This document shows positions 31,604-41,217 of a stretch of 64,000 nt of DNA, one piece after another. Under the pieces are notes generated by a model. It had not been told where the DNA came from, made no database searches, and saw only the letters and a list, made by a program, of their open reading frames with translations. A program made the position numbers and the translations under genes. Position 1 is the stretch's first letter. Every line of letters begins with the position of its first letter. Source of the DNA: an uncultured Clostridium sp. (GTDB taxonomy: Bacteria > Bacillota > Clostridia > TANB77 > CAG-508); the NCBI GenBank assembly GCA_947388675.1, contig CANDRW010000005.1, positions 900-64,899 on the forward strand, read 5' to 3'.

Positions 31604-32543
31604 TAAATTAGAGTGCTGTGTTGTAATGGATTTATTACCAAATTATATAGAAAATTTAACATCAAAAGAAACTAAGGAACTTATAGACAATCACCTTAAA
31701 GATTGTAAAAAATGTAAAATGCAATTTTTTTTACTGAAGGAAAAAAATAATCAAAGGAATTTAAATGAGGAAGAAGAAGATCAAGAGGAATATGATTATT
31801 TAAAAAAATATAGTAAAAAGATGTTTAGATTAAAAACAGTAATCACAAGTATTTTCATTTTCGTTGCAATATTTATTTTTATTTTTGGCGGAAATATATT
31901 ATACAAAAAAAATATACTATCTAAAATGTGTAATTATTATGATAATTTAATGGAAATAGACAACTACAGCATAACTAAACAAACATTATATATCAATTAT
32001 AATACAAAAGAAATGGATAGTGATCTAAAGAAATATTATTATAAAGATGGAAAAATAAAGAGAGAAGTAAAAGAATTAGCAGATACAGAAAGTTTCAAAA
32101 AAGAGACATCAATATATTCAAAAATGCAAATAGTACCTAATGAAATTGTAGAATATATTAATACCGATACTAAAGAAGACATAACTATTTATACTACAAG
32201 AAAAGAGTATGCTAAAAATGAAATGAATCAATGGATTGAAAAAGGTAGCTTATTTAGTGGACAGTTTGATTTTACAACTTTTAAAGCTTGGTTTTTTCCA
32301 TATATTATACAAGTTAAAAATGAAGAATACGATGCAAAAAAATACTACATTCTACAATATCAATTTAATCAAGAGAGTGAGTATAAACAAATATGGATTA
32401 ACAGAGAAAATTTTAACATTGAAAGAGTAATAGAGGAAAGTAATACATATTATAGAGAGACGGTGTACGATATAAATAAAAATAGTGTTATTGATAATGA
32501 TTTAATAATTCCTAACTTAGAAAATTATAAAGAGGTAACTTAA
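31596..32543 (+). CDS. Anti-sigma factor (zf-HC2 type) with a TM helix and an extracytoplasmic domain
   Basis: The gene overlaps the end of the sigma gene. It has the pattern C..(x)..H-x3-C-x2-C (CCVVMDLL...NHLKDCKKCK), followed by a TM helix. Confidence 0.7.
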   Translation: MNNKLECCVVMDLLPNYIENLTSKETKELIDNHLKDCKKCKMQFFLLKEKNNQRNLNEEEEDQEEYDYLKKYSKKMFRLKTVITSIFIFVAIFIFIFGGNILYKKNILSKMCNYYDNLMEIDNYSITKQTLYINYNTKEMDSDLKKYYYKDGKIKREVKELADTESFKKETSIYSKMQIVPNEIVEYINTDTKEDITIYTTRKEYAKNEMNQWIEKGSLFSGQFDFTTFKAWFFPYIIQVKNEEYDAKKYYILQYQFNQESEYKQIWINRENFNIERVIEESNTYYRETVYDINKNSVIDNDLIIPNLENYKEVT

Positions 32544-32544
32544 A

Positions 32545-33267
32545 ATGGTAAAAACACTTATAGCAGACGATAACATTGAGTATTGTAAACACATTGTCAA
32601 TTGTATAACTACGAAATCAAATAATCTTCAAGTTAAATATCTTGCAACAGATGGAGAAGAAACATTAAAATTTTTGAAAAAAGATACAGTAGACTTATTA
32701 ATATTAGATTTAAAAATGCCAAAATTATCAGGAATAGAAGTTCTTAAAAAAATAAAGGAAAGTGAATCGTATGGAAAACCAAAGGTATTTTTACTTTCAG
32801 GAGATACAGAATTATTAAACCAGGCATTAATAAGTCTAGAGATAGAGGCATACTCTAATAAAATAGAGCCTATACAAATGACCTACAATAAAATTCAGCA
32901 AATTGCTAATGAAATAGAAAGAAATTTTAATGCTGATAATGTTAAAAATAGTTTTCAAAAAGAATTAGCAATATTAGGATTTAATTTTAAATACAAAGGT
33001 ACAAAATATTTATTAGAAGCAATGATATATATTTTTGAAAACAATGATATAGACTTGTTAGATAATTTGGAGAAATATGTATATAAAGTAATTGCTATGC
33101 AAAATCATAAATCTGCACATAGTATAAAAACTGATATAACGAAAGCATGCAATTTAGCATATTTGTATCAGGAAAAGAACATTATAAAAGATTACTTTTC
33201 ATTGGAATTAAAACCAACGCCCAAAGTTATAATTTCTACCATACTTACAAGGTATATGGAAAAATAG
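32545..33267 (+). CDS. Spo0A-like response regulator (receiver domain plus Spo0A_C-like DNA-binding domain)
   Basis: Receiver motifs LIADDN and DLLILDLKMPKLSGIEVLKKI. The C-terminus KGTKYLLEAMIYIFEN...VYKVIAMQNHKSAHSIKTDITKACNLAY...KPTPKVIISTIL parallels Spo0A KGYLYLREAI...[28 protein letters not shown]...KPTNSEFIA. Confidence 0.7.
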   Translation: MVKTLIADDNIEYCKHIVNCITTKSNNLQVKYLATDGEETLKFLKKDTVDLLILDLKMPKLSGIEVLKKIKESESYGKPKVFLLSGDTELLNQALISLEIEAYSNKIEPIQMTYNKIQQIANEIERNFNADNVKNSFQKELAILGFNFKYKGTKYLLEAMIYIFENNDIDLLDNLEKYVYKVIAMQNHKSAHSIKTDITKACNLAYLYQEKNIIKDYFSLELKPTPKVIISTILTRYMEK

Positions 33268-33323
33268 CCATCATGTAACACGGTTCTAAATGTGATTTAA
33301 AATCAGTATAATACATTTAGAGA

Positions 33324-33686
33324 GTGTGGTGGAAGAGATTGAGAGCATTTGACAAATTTGATAAGAAAGAAAAGATAATAAGAAAAACTATAAAAATAGA
33401 TGATAAATTATATGAAAAGCTACAAATGCTATCAGACAGAGTTTTTGTGGCATCTGTAAATCAACTAATTAATGCTAGCATTGAAAAATTAGTAATAAGT
33501 GAAAATATAACTAATTATAAAAAAGGAAAAGATGATGTATCTATTAAACACACATTACAAATACGAGAATCGTTGATAATAGGCTTAGAAAGACTAAAAG
33601 CAAAATATAACATATCAATTTGCAAATTAGTAAATATGTCCATACATAATGCTATATACGAATTAGAAGATAAAGATAGGCGATAA
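33324..33686 (+). CDS. Tandem ribbon-helix-helix-like protein (paralog of 34734)
   Basis: Two halves have an RHH-like pattern (IKIDDKLYEKLQMLS...VNQLINASIEKLV and LQIRESLIIGLERLKAKYNISICKLVNMSIHNAIYELE). The architecture matches 34734..35054. Confidence 0.45.
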   Translation: MWWKRLRAFDKFDKKEKIIRKTIKIDDKLYEKLQMLSDRVFVASVNQLINASIEKLVISENITNYKKGKDDVSIKHTLQIRESLIIGLERLKAKYNISICKLVNMSIHNAIYELEDKDRR

Positions 33687-33759
33687 AAAGCCAACTTAAA
33701 GCCTATCTTTGTTATATAAATCCTTAGAGTTCTTTAATATATGATTTTATATAAGGAAC

Positions 33760-34122
33760 TCATTTATTTTCTACCAAGCCGACAAGAACTCCATCACGCA
33801 TACCAAGAACATAGGATAGTGTTAAATCATATTCATGCATTTGATTCAAAGAATGCTGATAATCTGCAAAAAGCTTTTTTATGTTTTCGTCAGATAAGGC
33901 ATCAATTTGCTCAGAAATTGCTGTGAGATTTTTGTTACATTCAGCATATTTTGGAAGTTTGAGAAAATCATCATAATATTTGTCTATTCTTTGACTTATA
34001 ATTGCAATAGCTTCATTCTTAAGAGCATTGGCTAAAATATTTATGTGATCTTCAGTTTGATTTTGTTTAAACTTATTAGGAAATTTTCTTACATTATTTT
34101 TAGTTTCTTTTTTTTTCATCAA
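33760..34122 (-). CDS. Hypothetical helical protein
   Basis: ORF coupled to 34125..34550 on the minus strand. Confidence 0.45.
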   Translation of the reverse strand: MMKKKETKNNVRKFPNKFKQNQTEDHINILANALKNEAIAIISQRIDKYYDDFLKLPKYAECNKNLTAISEQIDALSDENIKKLFADYQHSLNQMHEYDLTLSYVLGMRDGVLVGLVENK

Positions 34123-34124
34123 TA

Positions 34125-34550
34125 TTAGTTCTCCTTTTCGTTTGTATTAATAGATTCGGTAACAAATTTTTTGAAATTTTCTACAGCTTTTAAACTGCTT
34201 TTGATATAATTGCCTGAAAGTCGATATAGGATTAATAAGCCTTGAATATGACTTGCAGAATTGTAAATAGGAAAAATGATTTGGCAAGCATAATTTATAG
34301 AATCATTTTCTAATATTTTAATACATTCATGATTATTAAGTAAAAGATACGAATTAGGATCTGTGAAATTTGAGTGGTTAATTAAGTGTTTGACTTGAAT
34401 ACTTAAATTATAATTATCAATGGAATAATTGTTATTTGTTTCAAGTGACTTAGAAAATTTTACTTTTTCTAAATCAGTAATAATAATATTAGATTTTGAA
34501 ACTTGTAAACATTGTATAATATATTCCTCTAATTTACTAGAGATTAGCAT
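34125..34550 (-). CDS. Hypothetical protein (possibly a GAF/SpoVT-C-like fold; weak)
   Basis: ORF with a GGAGG RBS. The resemblance is only general. Confidence 0.4.
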   Translation of the reverse strand: MLISSKLEEYIIQCLQVSKSNIIITDLEKVKFSKSLETNNNYSIDNYNLSIQVKHLINHSNFTDPNSYLLLNNHECIKILENDSINYACQIIFPIYNSASHIQGLLILYRLSGNYIKSSLKAVENFKKFVTESINTNEKEN

Positions 34551-34733
34551 ACAAAAACCTCCTTTCGTTTTAAAGTTGTAAAATAATAACTTATATTTTA
34601 CAAAAACATTATACTAGTTTTAAGAGTAAAAGTCTATTCAAAAATACATACTTTTAATATTAATTAGATTAGTATTAAAAAATTGGGGAAGTATATATAA
34701 TACTATCAAAACAACTCAAAAGAGGAGGATAGT

Positions 34734-35054
34734 ATGTTAGCTAGAGAAAGATTATATTTACAAGGTAATCATATAAAACAAAAATCAATTAATATTGATG
34801 ATAATTTATATGAAGGTGTAAAAAGATTATCATTAGAAGTTTATGATGCTAATATTAGCGACATAATTAATATAGCAATAGAAGAATATAAAGAACCTAA
34901 GTTTTATGGTAGAAAAGAATTGGACACAGTAACTTATAGAAATATAAGATTAAGAAAAGACAATATTGATAAACTAGAAATTTTCAGTAAAAATACGGGG
35001 ATTTCATTTACAAGACTTGTTAATTCAGCAATAAAAGAATTTTTAGATAATTAG
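34734..35054 (+). CDS. Tandem ribbon-helix-helix-like protein (paralog of 33324)
   Basis: INIDDNLYEGVKRLSLEVYDANISDIINIAIEEY and IRLRKDNIDKLEIFSKNTGISFTRLVNSAIKEFL. Confidence 0.45.
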   Translation: MLARERLYLQGNHIKQKSINIDDNLYEGVKRLSLEVYDANISDIINIAIEEYKEPKFYGRKELDTVTYRNIRLRKDNIDKLEIFSKNTGISFTRLVNSAIKEFLDN

Positions 35055-35468
35055 TGAAAAATTGAAGTTGCCTATTAGAAAATCGCAAAAATGTTGCTAC
35101 TCTAAGAATAAAAAAATTATAGTCGTATATATTCCATTTTATAAAATAATGTAGTAAAATAAGTATGTATTCAAAAATAGTAACTATAAATAAAAATAAA
35201 TTTATAGTTATACCTAAGAAATTAGGGTAAGCTGATTTTATTTCAGCATTGACTTTGCATTTAGGCAAAGGTAAAGTAAGTAGCACTTAAAAATGCCACT
35301 TATAGTTAAAAACAGCTATAGGGGGATTGTGCGTAAAATTAAATAAAGATAGATAAATAACAAGTAAGAAAAGAAATCTAACTTGTTATTTTTTCGGCTA
35401 AAAATTAGAAAGGAGGATAGTTTAATAGTTTTTGAATACAAACAAAATTGAGATTATAAGAAGGAGGA

Positions 35469-35849
35469 ATGCTTATAAAAACATTTGACTATGAATCAAA
35501 TTGTGTAAGATACAGAGATTGTTATTTTGATATTGGAGAATATAAAAATAAAGAAATGAGCATAGACATATACGGTTATGTAGAAGATGATAAAAACATA
35601 TCCCATATTTCAAACTTAACAGCTAATGTATCAGAAAAATTAGCAGAAAATCAGATTGTTATTGATAACTATAATAATACTAATATAATAAGTTTTCTGT
35701 TAGATCTAAAAATTGTAAAGGCTATTCCAAAGAGAGTAGCAGTAGAAAAAGTAGGCAAGATGGTATTATTACCAGTTGCAGAAATTGATTTAGAAATCTT
35801 AAAAGAATATTCTTATGATAAAGAGGAGGAACTAGAATATGCTAGTTAG
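35469..35849 (+). CDS. Hypothetical protein
   Basis: ORF with a GGAGG RBS. Confidence 0.4.
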   Translation: MLIKTFDYESNCVRYRDCYFDIGEYKNKEMSIDIYGYVEDDKNISHISNLTANVSEKLAENQIVIDNYNNTNIISFLLDLKIVKAIPKRVAVEKVGKMVLLPVAEIDLEILKEYSYDKEEELEYAS

Positions 35850-36069
35850 TGAATCATGGAGAGAACAAATAGCAAAGGACATTATATATGAATTTGAGCT
35901 ATTGTTATGCAACAACGATACCAAGATAAACAATCTTAATTCAGAAGAAAACAAATTTGAAACAGAATATTCGTATATTAATGAAAAAGACTATAATGAA
36001 TTAAAAGAAAAAATAATAAGGCAGTTAAGAGATTTTGAAGACGACATAGAAGAAGCAAGAGTTGCTTAG
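35839..36069 (+). CDS. Hypothetical protein
   Basis: ORF that overlaps its neighbour. Confidence 0.35.
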   Translation: MLVSESWREQIAKDIIYEFELLLCNNDTKINNLNSEENKFETEYSYINEKDYNELKEKIIRQLRDFEDDIEEARVA

Positions 36070-36085
36070 AAAGGAAAAAGAAAAT

Positions 36086-37231
36086 ATGAAAATAGAAAAC
36101 CTAGTGAGAGATAAAGTAATAGGGCATATAAAGACAGGAACTAAAAGTGAAACAGGACTTCCAAAAAAGCTACCTTTTTTTAATGTAGAGGAGGATAAAG
36201 TGACATCAAGTGATATGGTAGATATCTTTAAGCAGTTATATCCAGGACAACCTAAAGTATTAAAAATAAGATTTGTTGATGAAGATCCATTTAGTTTTAA
36301 ATTTAAAAGGTATGTTAATAATAAAATTGCTTGTATTGGAAATGGAACGAAAGCCATTACCATTGGAAAAAACGCAAAAGGAAATAAAGAACAAATAGAA
36401 GTTGAATGTAGTGAAGATTGCGAACATCGCTTAACAGGCAAATGTAAATTAGTTGGAAGTTTAAAATTTGTATTAGAAGGAATTGAAGCAGGTGGAGTAT
36501 GGTTAATAAAAACTACTGGAGGCTTATCTTTATCTAATATTGCATCAGAAATAGTAAAGTATAAAAAGGCAGGAATGAGCATAGTAGATGTTCCATTTGA
36601 ATTAAAACTAGATGCTCAAGAAAGCCTAGCCTATGGAACTTATTACAGTTTAGATTTGAGAAGGACAGATATTAAACCGCAATTGACCAATGCAACACCA
36701 GCATTAAATACAGGAGATATTCCAGTAGAAACAACTAAACAAATTGCTGAAGGGGAAAAGGAAAATAAGAAAGTAGTAAATATTCCAAAAAATGACGTAA
36801 AAGAGAAAAAATCAAAAGAGGAAACAAAACAAGAGGAAAAGGTAAAAGAACCAAATAAAGAAGTAGAACAACCAAGACAAAAAAGTGAAAAAGAACAAAA
36901 GGAAGCACAGAAAACAGAAGATAAAATACAACAACCTCAAGAAGATTTTTCAAACACCTTCTATGTAATGGAAATTTCAGATACCTTAATAAACAATCAA
37001 AAATTCAAAAAGATTATTCTTCAAGATTTAAATAGTCAAGACAATGAATACATTTTACATCCAAAAGCAAACCAAGATATGCTAAAATATGGTGTAGGAA
37101 CAATAATAAATGTACTCAAATCTAAAATTGAAGCTGGAAAAAATATTATTTGCCAGTATGAAATTAAACAAATACCACAAGAAGATGGTAGCTTAATAGA
37201 ATTTAATAATGAAATGAAAGAAGCAGTATAA
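36086..37231 (+). CDS. Hypothetical phage/plasmid-type protein with a Cys cluster and a Lys/Glu-rich linker
   Basis: ATG at 36086. It contains CSEDCEHRLTGKCK and a KEEK-rich middle region. Confidence 0.45.
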   Translation: MKIENLVRDKVIGHIKTGTKSETGLPKKLPFFNVEEDKVTSSDMVDIFKQLYPGQPKVLKIRFVDEDPFSFKFKRYVNNKIACIGNGTKAITIGKNAKGNKEQIEVECSEDCEHRLTGKCKLVGSLKFVLEGIEAGGVWLIKTTGGLSLSNIASEIVKYKKAGMSIVDVPFELKLDAQESLAYGTYYSLDLRRTDIKPQLTNATPALNTGDIPVETTKQIAEGEKENKKVVNIPKNDVKEKKSKEETKQEEKVKEPNKEVEQPRQKSEKEQKEAQKTEDKIQQPQEDFSNTFYVMEISDTLINNQKFKKIILQDLNSQDNEYILHPKANQDMLKYGVGTIINVLKSKIEAGKNIICQYEIKQIPQEDGSLIEFNNEMKEAV

Positions 37232-37285
37232 CTAAAATTACACTGCTTTTAATATTGTAATAATAAAAAGAAAGGAAAATTTAAA

Positions 37286-37453
37286 ATGTTGAAAATAATA
37301 AAAAAATCCTTAATCATCTTATTACTTATCACTATAGATACTATAGCTTTTATTAGTAAAAGTATATACCAATTTTATAACAAAAACAAGGGAAAGGCAG
37401 AAGAAATGATAAAAAGTTTTCATGGAGCATTGAAAGAAAAACTAACAAAGTAA
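37286..37453 (+). CDS. Small membrane protein (55 aa, below the track cut-off)
   Basis: MLKIIKKSLIILLLITIDTIAFISK... preceded by AAAGGAAAA. Confidence 0.3.
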   Translation: MLKIIKKSLIILLLITIDTIAFISKSIYQFYNKNKGKAEEMIKSFHGALKEKLTK

Positions 37454-37464
37454 GTAGGTAATCA

Positions 37465-38058
37465 ATGAGAAATAAATATAATTATGATGAATTAGTGAAA
37501 GTAAGCGGTGTAGGAAAAATTTTTGGAAAAGTAAAAGAAAAGTTGGGAATTATCATTGAAAAAGACTATTATTTTGCTGAATACTATGTAGATTTATTTT
37601 TTGGAAAAAAAGATTGGTTCAAAGAGGAAAATATACAAAGAGTGTTTAATGAAAAGAAAAACAAAGTAGAGAAGTATCAAATTAGACTATGTACAACAAA
37701 GCAAGGATATAAATTGATAGAAAATAATCTAAGAAAAAATGAGCCAATTAGTAATAATAAGTTAGGAAAAATAAACATCTATAAAGAGTTCAGAAAGGGT
37801 AAGAAAGAATATATTGCTATAGGATGGGAGTCTGTTTTCTGGCCAGTAAGTAACAAGAGTATTCAAATAATGGAAGCAACAGTAAAGTCTTTCAGAAGAC
37901 AAGATATTCCATATCAATATATTATTTTAAATGAAGATAACCTAACAGATATAAAAGTCTATGAATTTATTGAAAACGATAATGCAGTAGATATTTTTTA
38001 TGTAGAAAGAAAAATTAAAATGAAGAAGTTAAGAAATAGACCACCTTTTGAGTGGTAG
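37465..38058 (+). CDS. Hypothetical protein
   Basis: ORF only. Confidence 0.4.
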   Translation: MRNKYNYDELVKVSGVGKIFGKVKEKLGIIIEKDYYFAEYYVDLFFGKKDWFKEENIQRVFNEKKNKVEKYQIRLCTTKQGYKLIENNLRKNEPISNNKLGKINIYKEFRKGKKEYIAIGWESVFWPVSNKSIQIMEATVKSFRRQDIPYQYIILNEDNLTDIKVYEFIENDNAVDIFYVERKIKMKKLRNRPPFEW

Positions 38059-38070
38059 AAAGGGTAAAAA

Positions 38071-38613
38071 ATGATAGCACAAAAAATATTAAATGTAATG
38101 ACTAAAATAGGACCAATTATAAAAGATAAAACAAACCAAGAAAAGGGGTTTGACTATGCGTCCATAGCAGCAGTTATTATAAAAGCAAGAGAAGCTATGA
38201 TAGATGAAAAAATCATTATAATTCCAATTAAAGTAGAACAGATAGTTCAAAAAGGAAATGATATAACAATTAGTATGATATATAGGTTTTACGATGCAGA
38301 AGCTAACAATAAAGGCGTAAATGAATATATTGACGTGAATATACCAGGCGAAGGATGCGACAAAGATGGTTGGGCAGTGTATAAAGCATTATCAGGAGCA
38401 TATAAATATGCAATTACACAAACTTTTGCAATTCCAACAGTAGATGATGCTGAAAGGAGCAAATTAGTTGGAAATGCTGAAGAAAATGCAGAAATAGAAT
38501 CAGAAGAAACTATAGGAAGCCAAACTTTAAATGAGGAAAATATAGAAGAAATGCTAGGAGAGCCAAGTATAGATGACTATGATAATATATTCAATTTAGG
38601 TCAATCAGCATAG
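38071..38613 (+). CDS. ERF-family-like single-strand annealing protein
   Basis: KILNVMTKIGPIIKDKTNQEKGFDYASIAAVIIKAREAMIDEKI...AVYKALSGAYKYAITQTFAIPTVDDAE follows the ERF pattern (K......F.YAsl..v.......l......KA.q.AgSaiTYarRY.l...lgi...DD). Confidence 0.6.
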   Translation: MIAQKILNVMTKIGPIIKDKTNQEKGFDYASIAAVIIKAREAMIDEKIIIIPIKVEQIVQKGNDITISMIYRFYDAEANNKGVNEYIDVNIPGEGCDKDGWAVYKALSGAYKYAITQTFAIPTVDDAERSKLVGNAEENAEIESEETIGSQTLNEENIEEMLGEPSIDDYDNIFNLGQSA

Positions 38614-38628
38614 AAAGGGTAAATAAAA

Positions 38629-40296
38629 ATGTATATAAAGCAGATTAATAATGTAGAAGGATATAAAGGACTACCAGATGGATTTAATGCACAATTTGAC
38701 GAAAATACTACCTATATAGTAGGAGAAAATTTTCAAGGAAAAAGTACCATAGGCAGTCTGTTTAATTGGTGCTTAACTGGCAATAGTTTATTGGGAAAAG
38801 AAAAAGAGCAAGTTGCAAATGATACTAGAAAAGTTGCAAATGTTATTGTAGATATGACCTTTATAGATAATTGTGGAATTGAACACAGAATGATAAGAAA
38901 TAAAGGAAAAGATATGCAACTAACATTAGATGACAAACCAGTAGATCAAGGAATGCTTGCAAAATTCTATAAGGATGCAGATATTTTTTTAGTTGCTCAT
39001 AATCCATATTATTTTCAATCATTAGAGCCAAAAGAACAGAAAGAATTGCTAAGAAAAATTGTACCAGCTATAGATTCTGAAACAGCATTTAATTTATTAA
39101 GCGATGATGAAAAAAATATAGTAGGTCAACCTATAGAATATTTAGAAAGTTACATAGATAATAGAAATGAAGAGATTAGTGAGTTGAAAAAAGAACAAGA
39201 AAAAAATTCAGGACAATTGCAGGCATATAAAACAATAGCACTAGAACAGGAAGGTGAGATGCTTACATTTGATAAGGAAAAGGAACTAATGGATTTGCAG
39301 GAGAGATATAAGATTATTTCGGTTAATTTTGTATCATCAAGCATAGAAGAAATAAGAAAGAAACTCGAAAGAATCCAAGCAAGATTAGATGAAATATTAA
39401 AAAATGAATTAATTGATATCAAAGAACTTTATGGAAGAGAAAAGAAAAAACTACAGGAGCTTAATGAAGAAAAGCCTAAATGCCATTATTGTAAGCAAGA
39501 AATAAAAGATAGTGAAGCATTACAACGAATGAAAAACCTTCAACAAAAAGAACTTGATAAATTACAGGAAAAGGCAAACAAATTAAAAGAAGAGGCAACG
39601 ATGTTAACTAATGAAAGACAAAGCAAGCAAATACTATTAGAAAAATTAAATACAGCTGATATGCAGAAGTTAGATAAAGAAAAGCAAGAACTAGAAAATA
39701 GAATAAAAGTGCTACAGACAGAACAAAGGAATGTTTTATTAAATAACCAGGAAGTACAGACTAAAAAAGAGCAAGTAAGGAAAGCCAAAGAAAAAATACA
39801 AAAGCTAGAGCAAGCACAGGAAGAAATAACAAATGAACTAGAAACGGCTAACAAGAGAAAGAAGATAGCAAATAAATTAAAAATACTAATCATAGAAAAG
39901 CAAAGTGAAATAATAAAACAATATTTAGATAAAGTTAGTATTCAATTTAGTAAAGTAAATAAAAGTACAGGAGAAATTACAGAATGTAGCAATATTCAAT
40001 ATGATGGAAGAGATTATAAAAAGCTATCAAAATCACAACAAGCAAGAGCCTGTTTAGAAATATCAAATGTATTTAATAATTTGTCAGGCATAAAAGCACC
40101 TATTTTCTTTGATGATGCAGAATCAACAACTAATTTTATAGAATTAGTAGATACTCAAATGGTAATTTCTTTGGTAATAAAATACAATCCTTTAGAAATC
40201 TTATATGATTATTCAGATGTGCTAGATAGAAAGAAAAAGTCAATAGAAAGAGAAATCAAAGAAAAAAGTAGCTTGTTTATACAGCAAGCTGCATAA
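38629..40296 (+). CDS. SMC/RecF/SbcC-like AAA ATPase with a long coiled coil
   Basis: Walker A GENFQGKST, about 250 aa of heptad-rich K/E/Q sequence with a CHYC hook-like motif, and Walker B IFFDDAES. Confidence 0.7.
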   Translation: MYIKQINNVEGYKGLPDGFNAQFDENTTYIVGENFQGKSTIGSLFNWCLTGNSLLGKEKEQVANDTRKVANVIVDMTFIDNCGIEHRMIRNKGKDMQLTLDDKPVDQGMLAKFYKDADIFLVAHNPYYFQSLEPKEQKELLRKIVPAIDSETAFNLLSDDEKNIVGQPIEYLESYIDNRNEEISELKKEQEKNSGQLQAYKTIALEQEGEMLTFDKEKELMDLQERYKIISVNFVSSSIEEIRKKLERIQARLDEILKNELIDIKELYGREKKKLQELNEEKPKCHYCKQEIKDSEALQRMKNLQQKELDKLQEKANKLKEEATMLTNERQSKQILLEKLNTADMQKLDKEKQELENRIKVLQTEQRNVLLNNQEVQTKKEQVRKAKEKIQKLEQAQEEITNELETANKRKKIANKLKILIIEKQSEIIKQYLDKVSIQFSKVNKSTGEITECSNIQYDGRDYKKLSKSQQARACLEISNVFNNLSGIKAPIFFDDAESTTNFIELVDTQMVISLVIKYNPLEILYDYSDVLDRKKKSIEREIKEKSSLFIQQAA

Positions 40297-40326
40297 TAAA
40301 AAATACGAATGGAGGAAATAAAATAT

Positions 40327-40623
40327 ATGTGTAAATATGAAACAGTAATACTTATAAAACCAAGTTTAGATGAAAAGGAAATAGAACAAGTCAAAATAGA
40401 TGTAGAAAATAAAATAAATGAGGTTGGAAAAGTAACAAAAAAGGAAGATGTAGGTTTAAAAAAGCTAGCATACGAAGTAAAAAGCAATAAGGAAGCATAC
40501 TATGTTATATATGAGTATGAGACTAATAAAGCCTATGAAGATAGTGTCAAAGAAGTAGAAAAATTTTATAGAATGAAAGAAGAAATTTTGAAATTTATAA
40601 CAATAAGAGAGGATAACGAATGA
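40327..40623 (+). CDS. Ribosomal protein bS6 homolog carried by the accessory region
   Basis: MCKYETVILIKPSLDEKEIEQV...VTKKEDVGLKKLAYEVKSNKEAYYVIYEYE...EVEKFYRMKEEILKFITIRED parallels RpsF (M.kYE...i..P....e........i...G........wG.r.LAY.I.....g.Yv...f......v.e.er......vlR....r). ATG at 40327 after a GGAGG. Confidence 0.65.
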   Translation: MCKYETVILIKPSLDEKEIEQVKIDVENKINEVGKVTKKEDVGLKKLAYEVKSNKEAYYVIYEYETNKAYEDSVKEVEKFYRMKEEILKFITIREDNE

Positions 40624-40904
40624 AGATTTATGTAGTATATGAACAATTCTATACAGATTGGTCAAATGGTGAAGATGATGAAGTATTTATTGAAAATGCT
40701 TATAAAAACAAGAGAAAAGCTATAAAAAAGGCAAAAGAACTACTAAATAAAGCAAAAGCGAATAGTTACTTTATTGACGAAAGCCAAAAGAAAAGAAAAA
40801 ACCCATTTAAAAATAATAACTGCATTGACTTGTACAGAGAAGAATCAGACCAAGAAACAAAAGTTAGAAGTATTGCAATAGAAGAAATAAAATTAGTAGC
40901 TTAA
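40620..40904 (+). CDS. Hypothetical protein
   Basis: ORF coupled by an ATGA overlap. Confidence 0.35.
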   Translation: MKIYVVYEQFYTDWSNGEDDEVFIENAYKNKRKAIKKAKELLNKAKANSYFIDESQKKRKNPFKNNNCIDLYREESDQETKVRSIAIEEIKLVA

Positions 40905-40926
40905 AGGAGAATGAAAAATAGAAAGT

Positions 40927-41199
40927 ATGAAAAAATTTTTAGGAAAATGTGAAAAATGTAAAAGAAGTATTTGTGAAGAACATGCATATTTATATGTAGA
41001 TGGAAATAATAGAGCAATTACTAATAATTCACCATATTTATGCAAAGAGTGTTATGAAAGCGAATATAACGAAAAAATAAAAAGTGATGTTGAAAAATTC
41101 AAAGATAATATTATTAATAATCTAGAAACAATTAAAGTAGACAGTAATATAGAAACCATTAGAGTTGATGACTTAATAAAATATATTAAGGAGTCATAG
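40927..41199 (+). CDS. Small Cys-rich (zinc-binding?) protein
   Basis: CEKCKRSICEEH...CKECY. Confidence 0.4.
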   Translation: MKKFLGKCEKCKRSICEEHAYLYVDGNNRAITNNSPYLCKECYESEYNEKIKSDVEKFKDNIINNLETIKVDSNIETIRVDDLIKYIKES

Positions 41200-41217
41200 A
41201 GATAGGAGGAATATGAA

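Noticed and set aside
33741-33926. Plus-strand ORF overlapping 33760-34122.
   Set aside because: It is antisense to a better-supported minus-strand gene that is coupled to 34125-34550.
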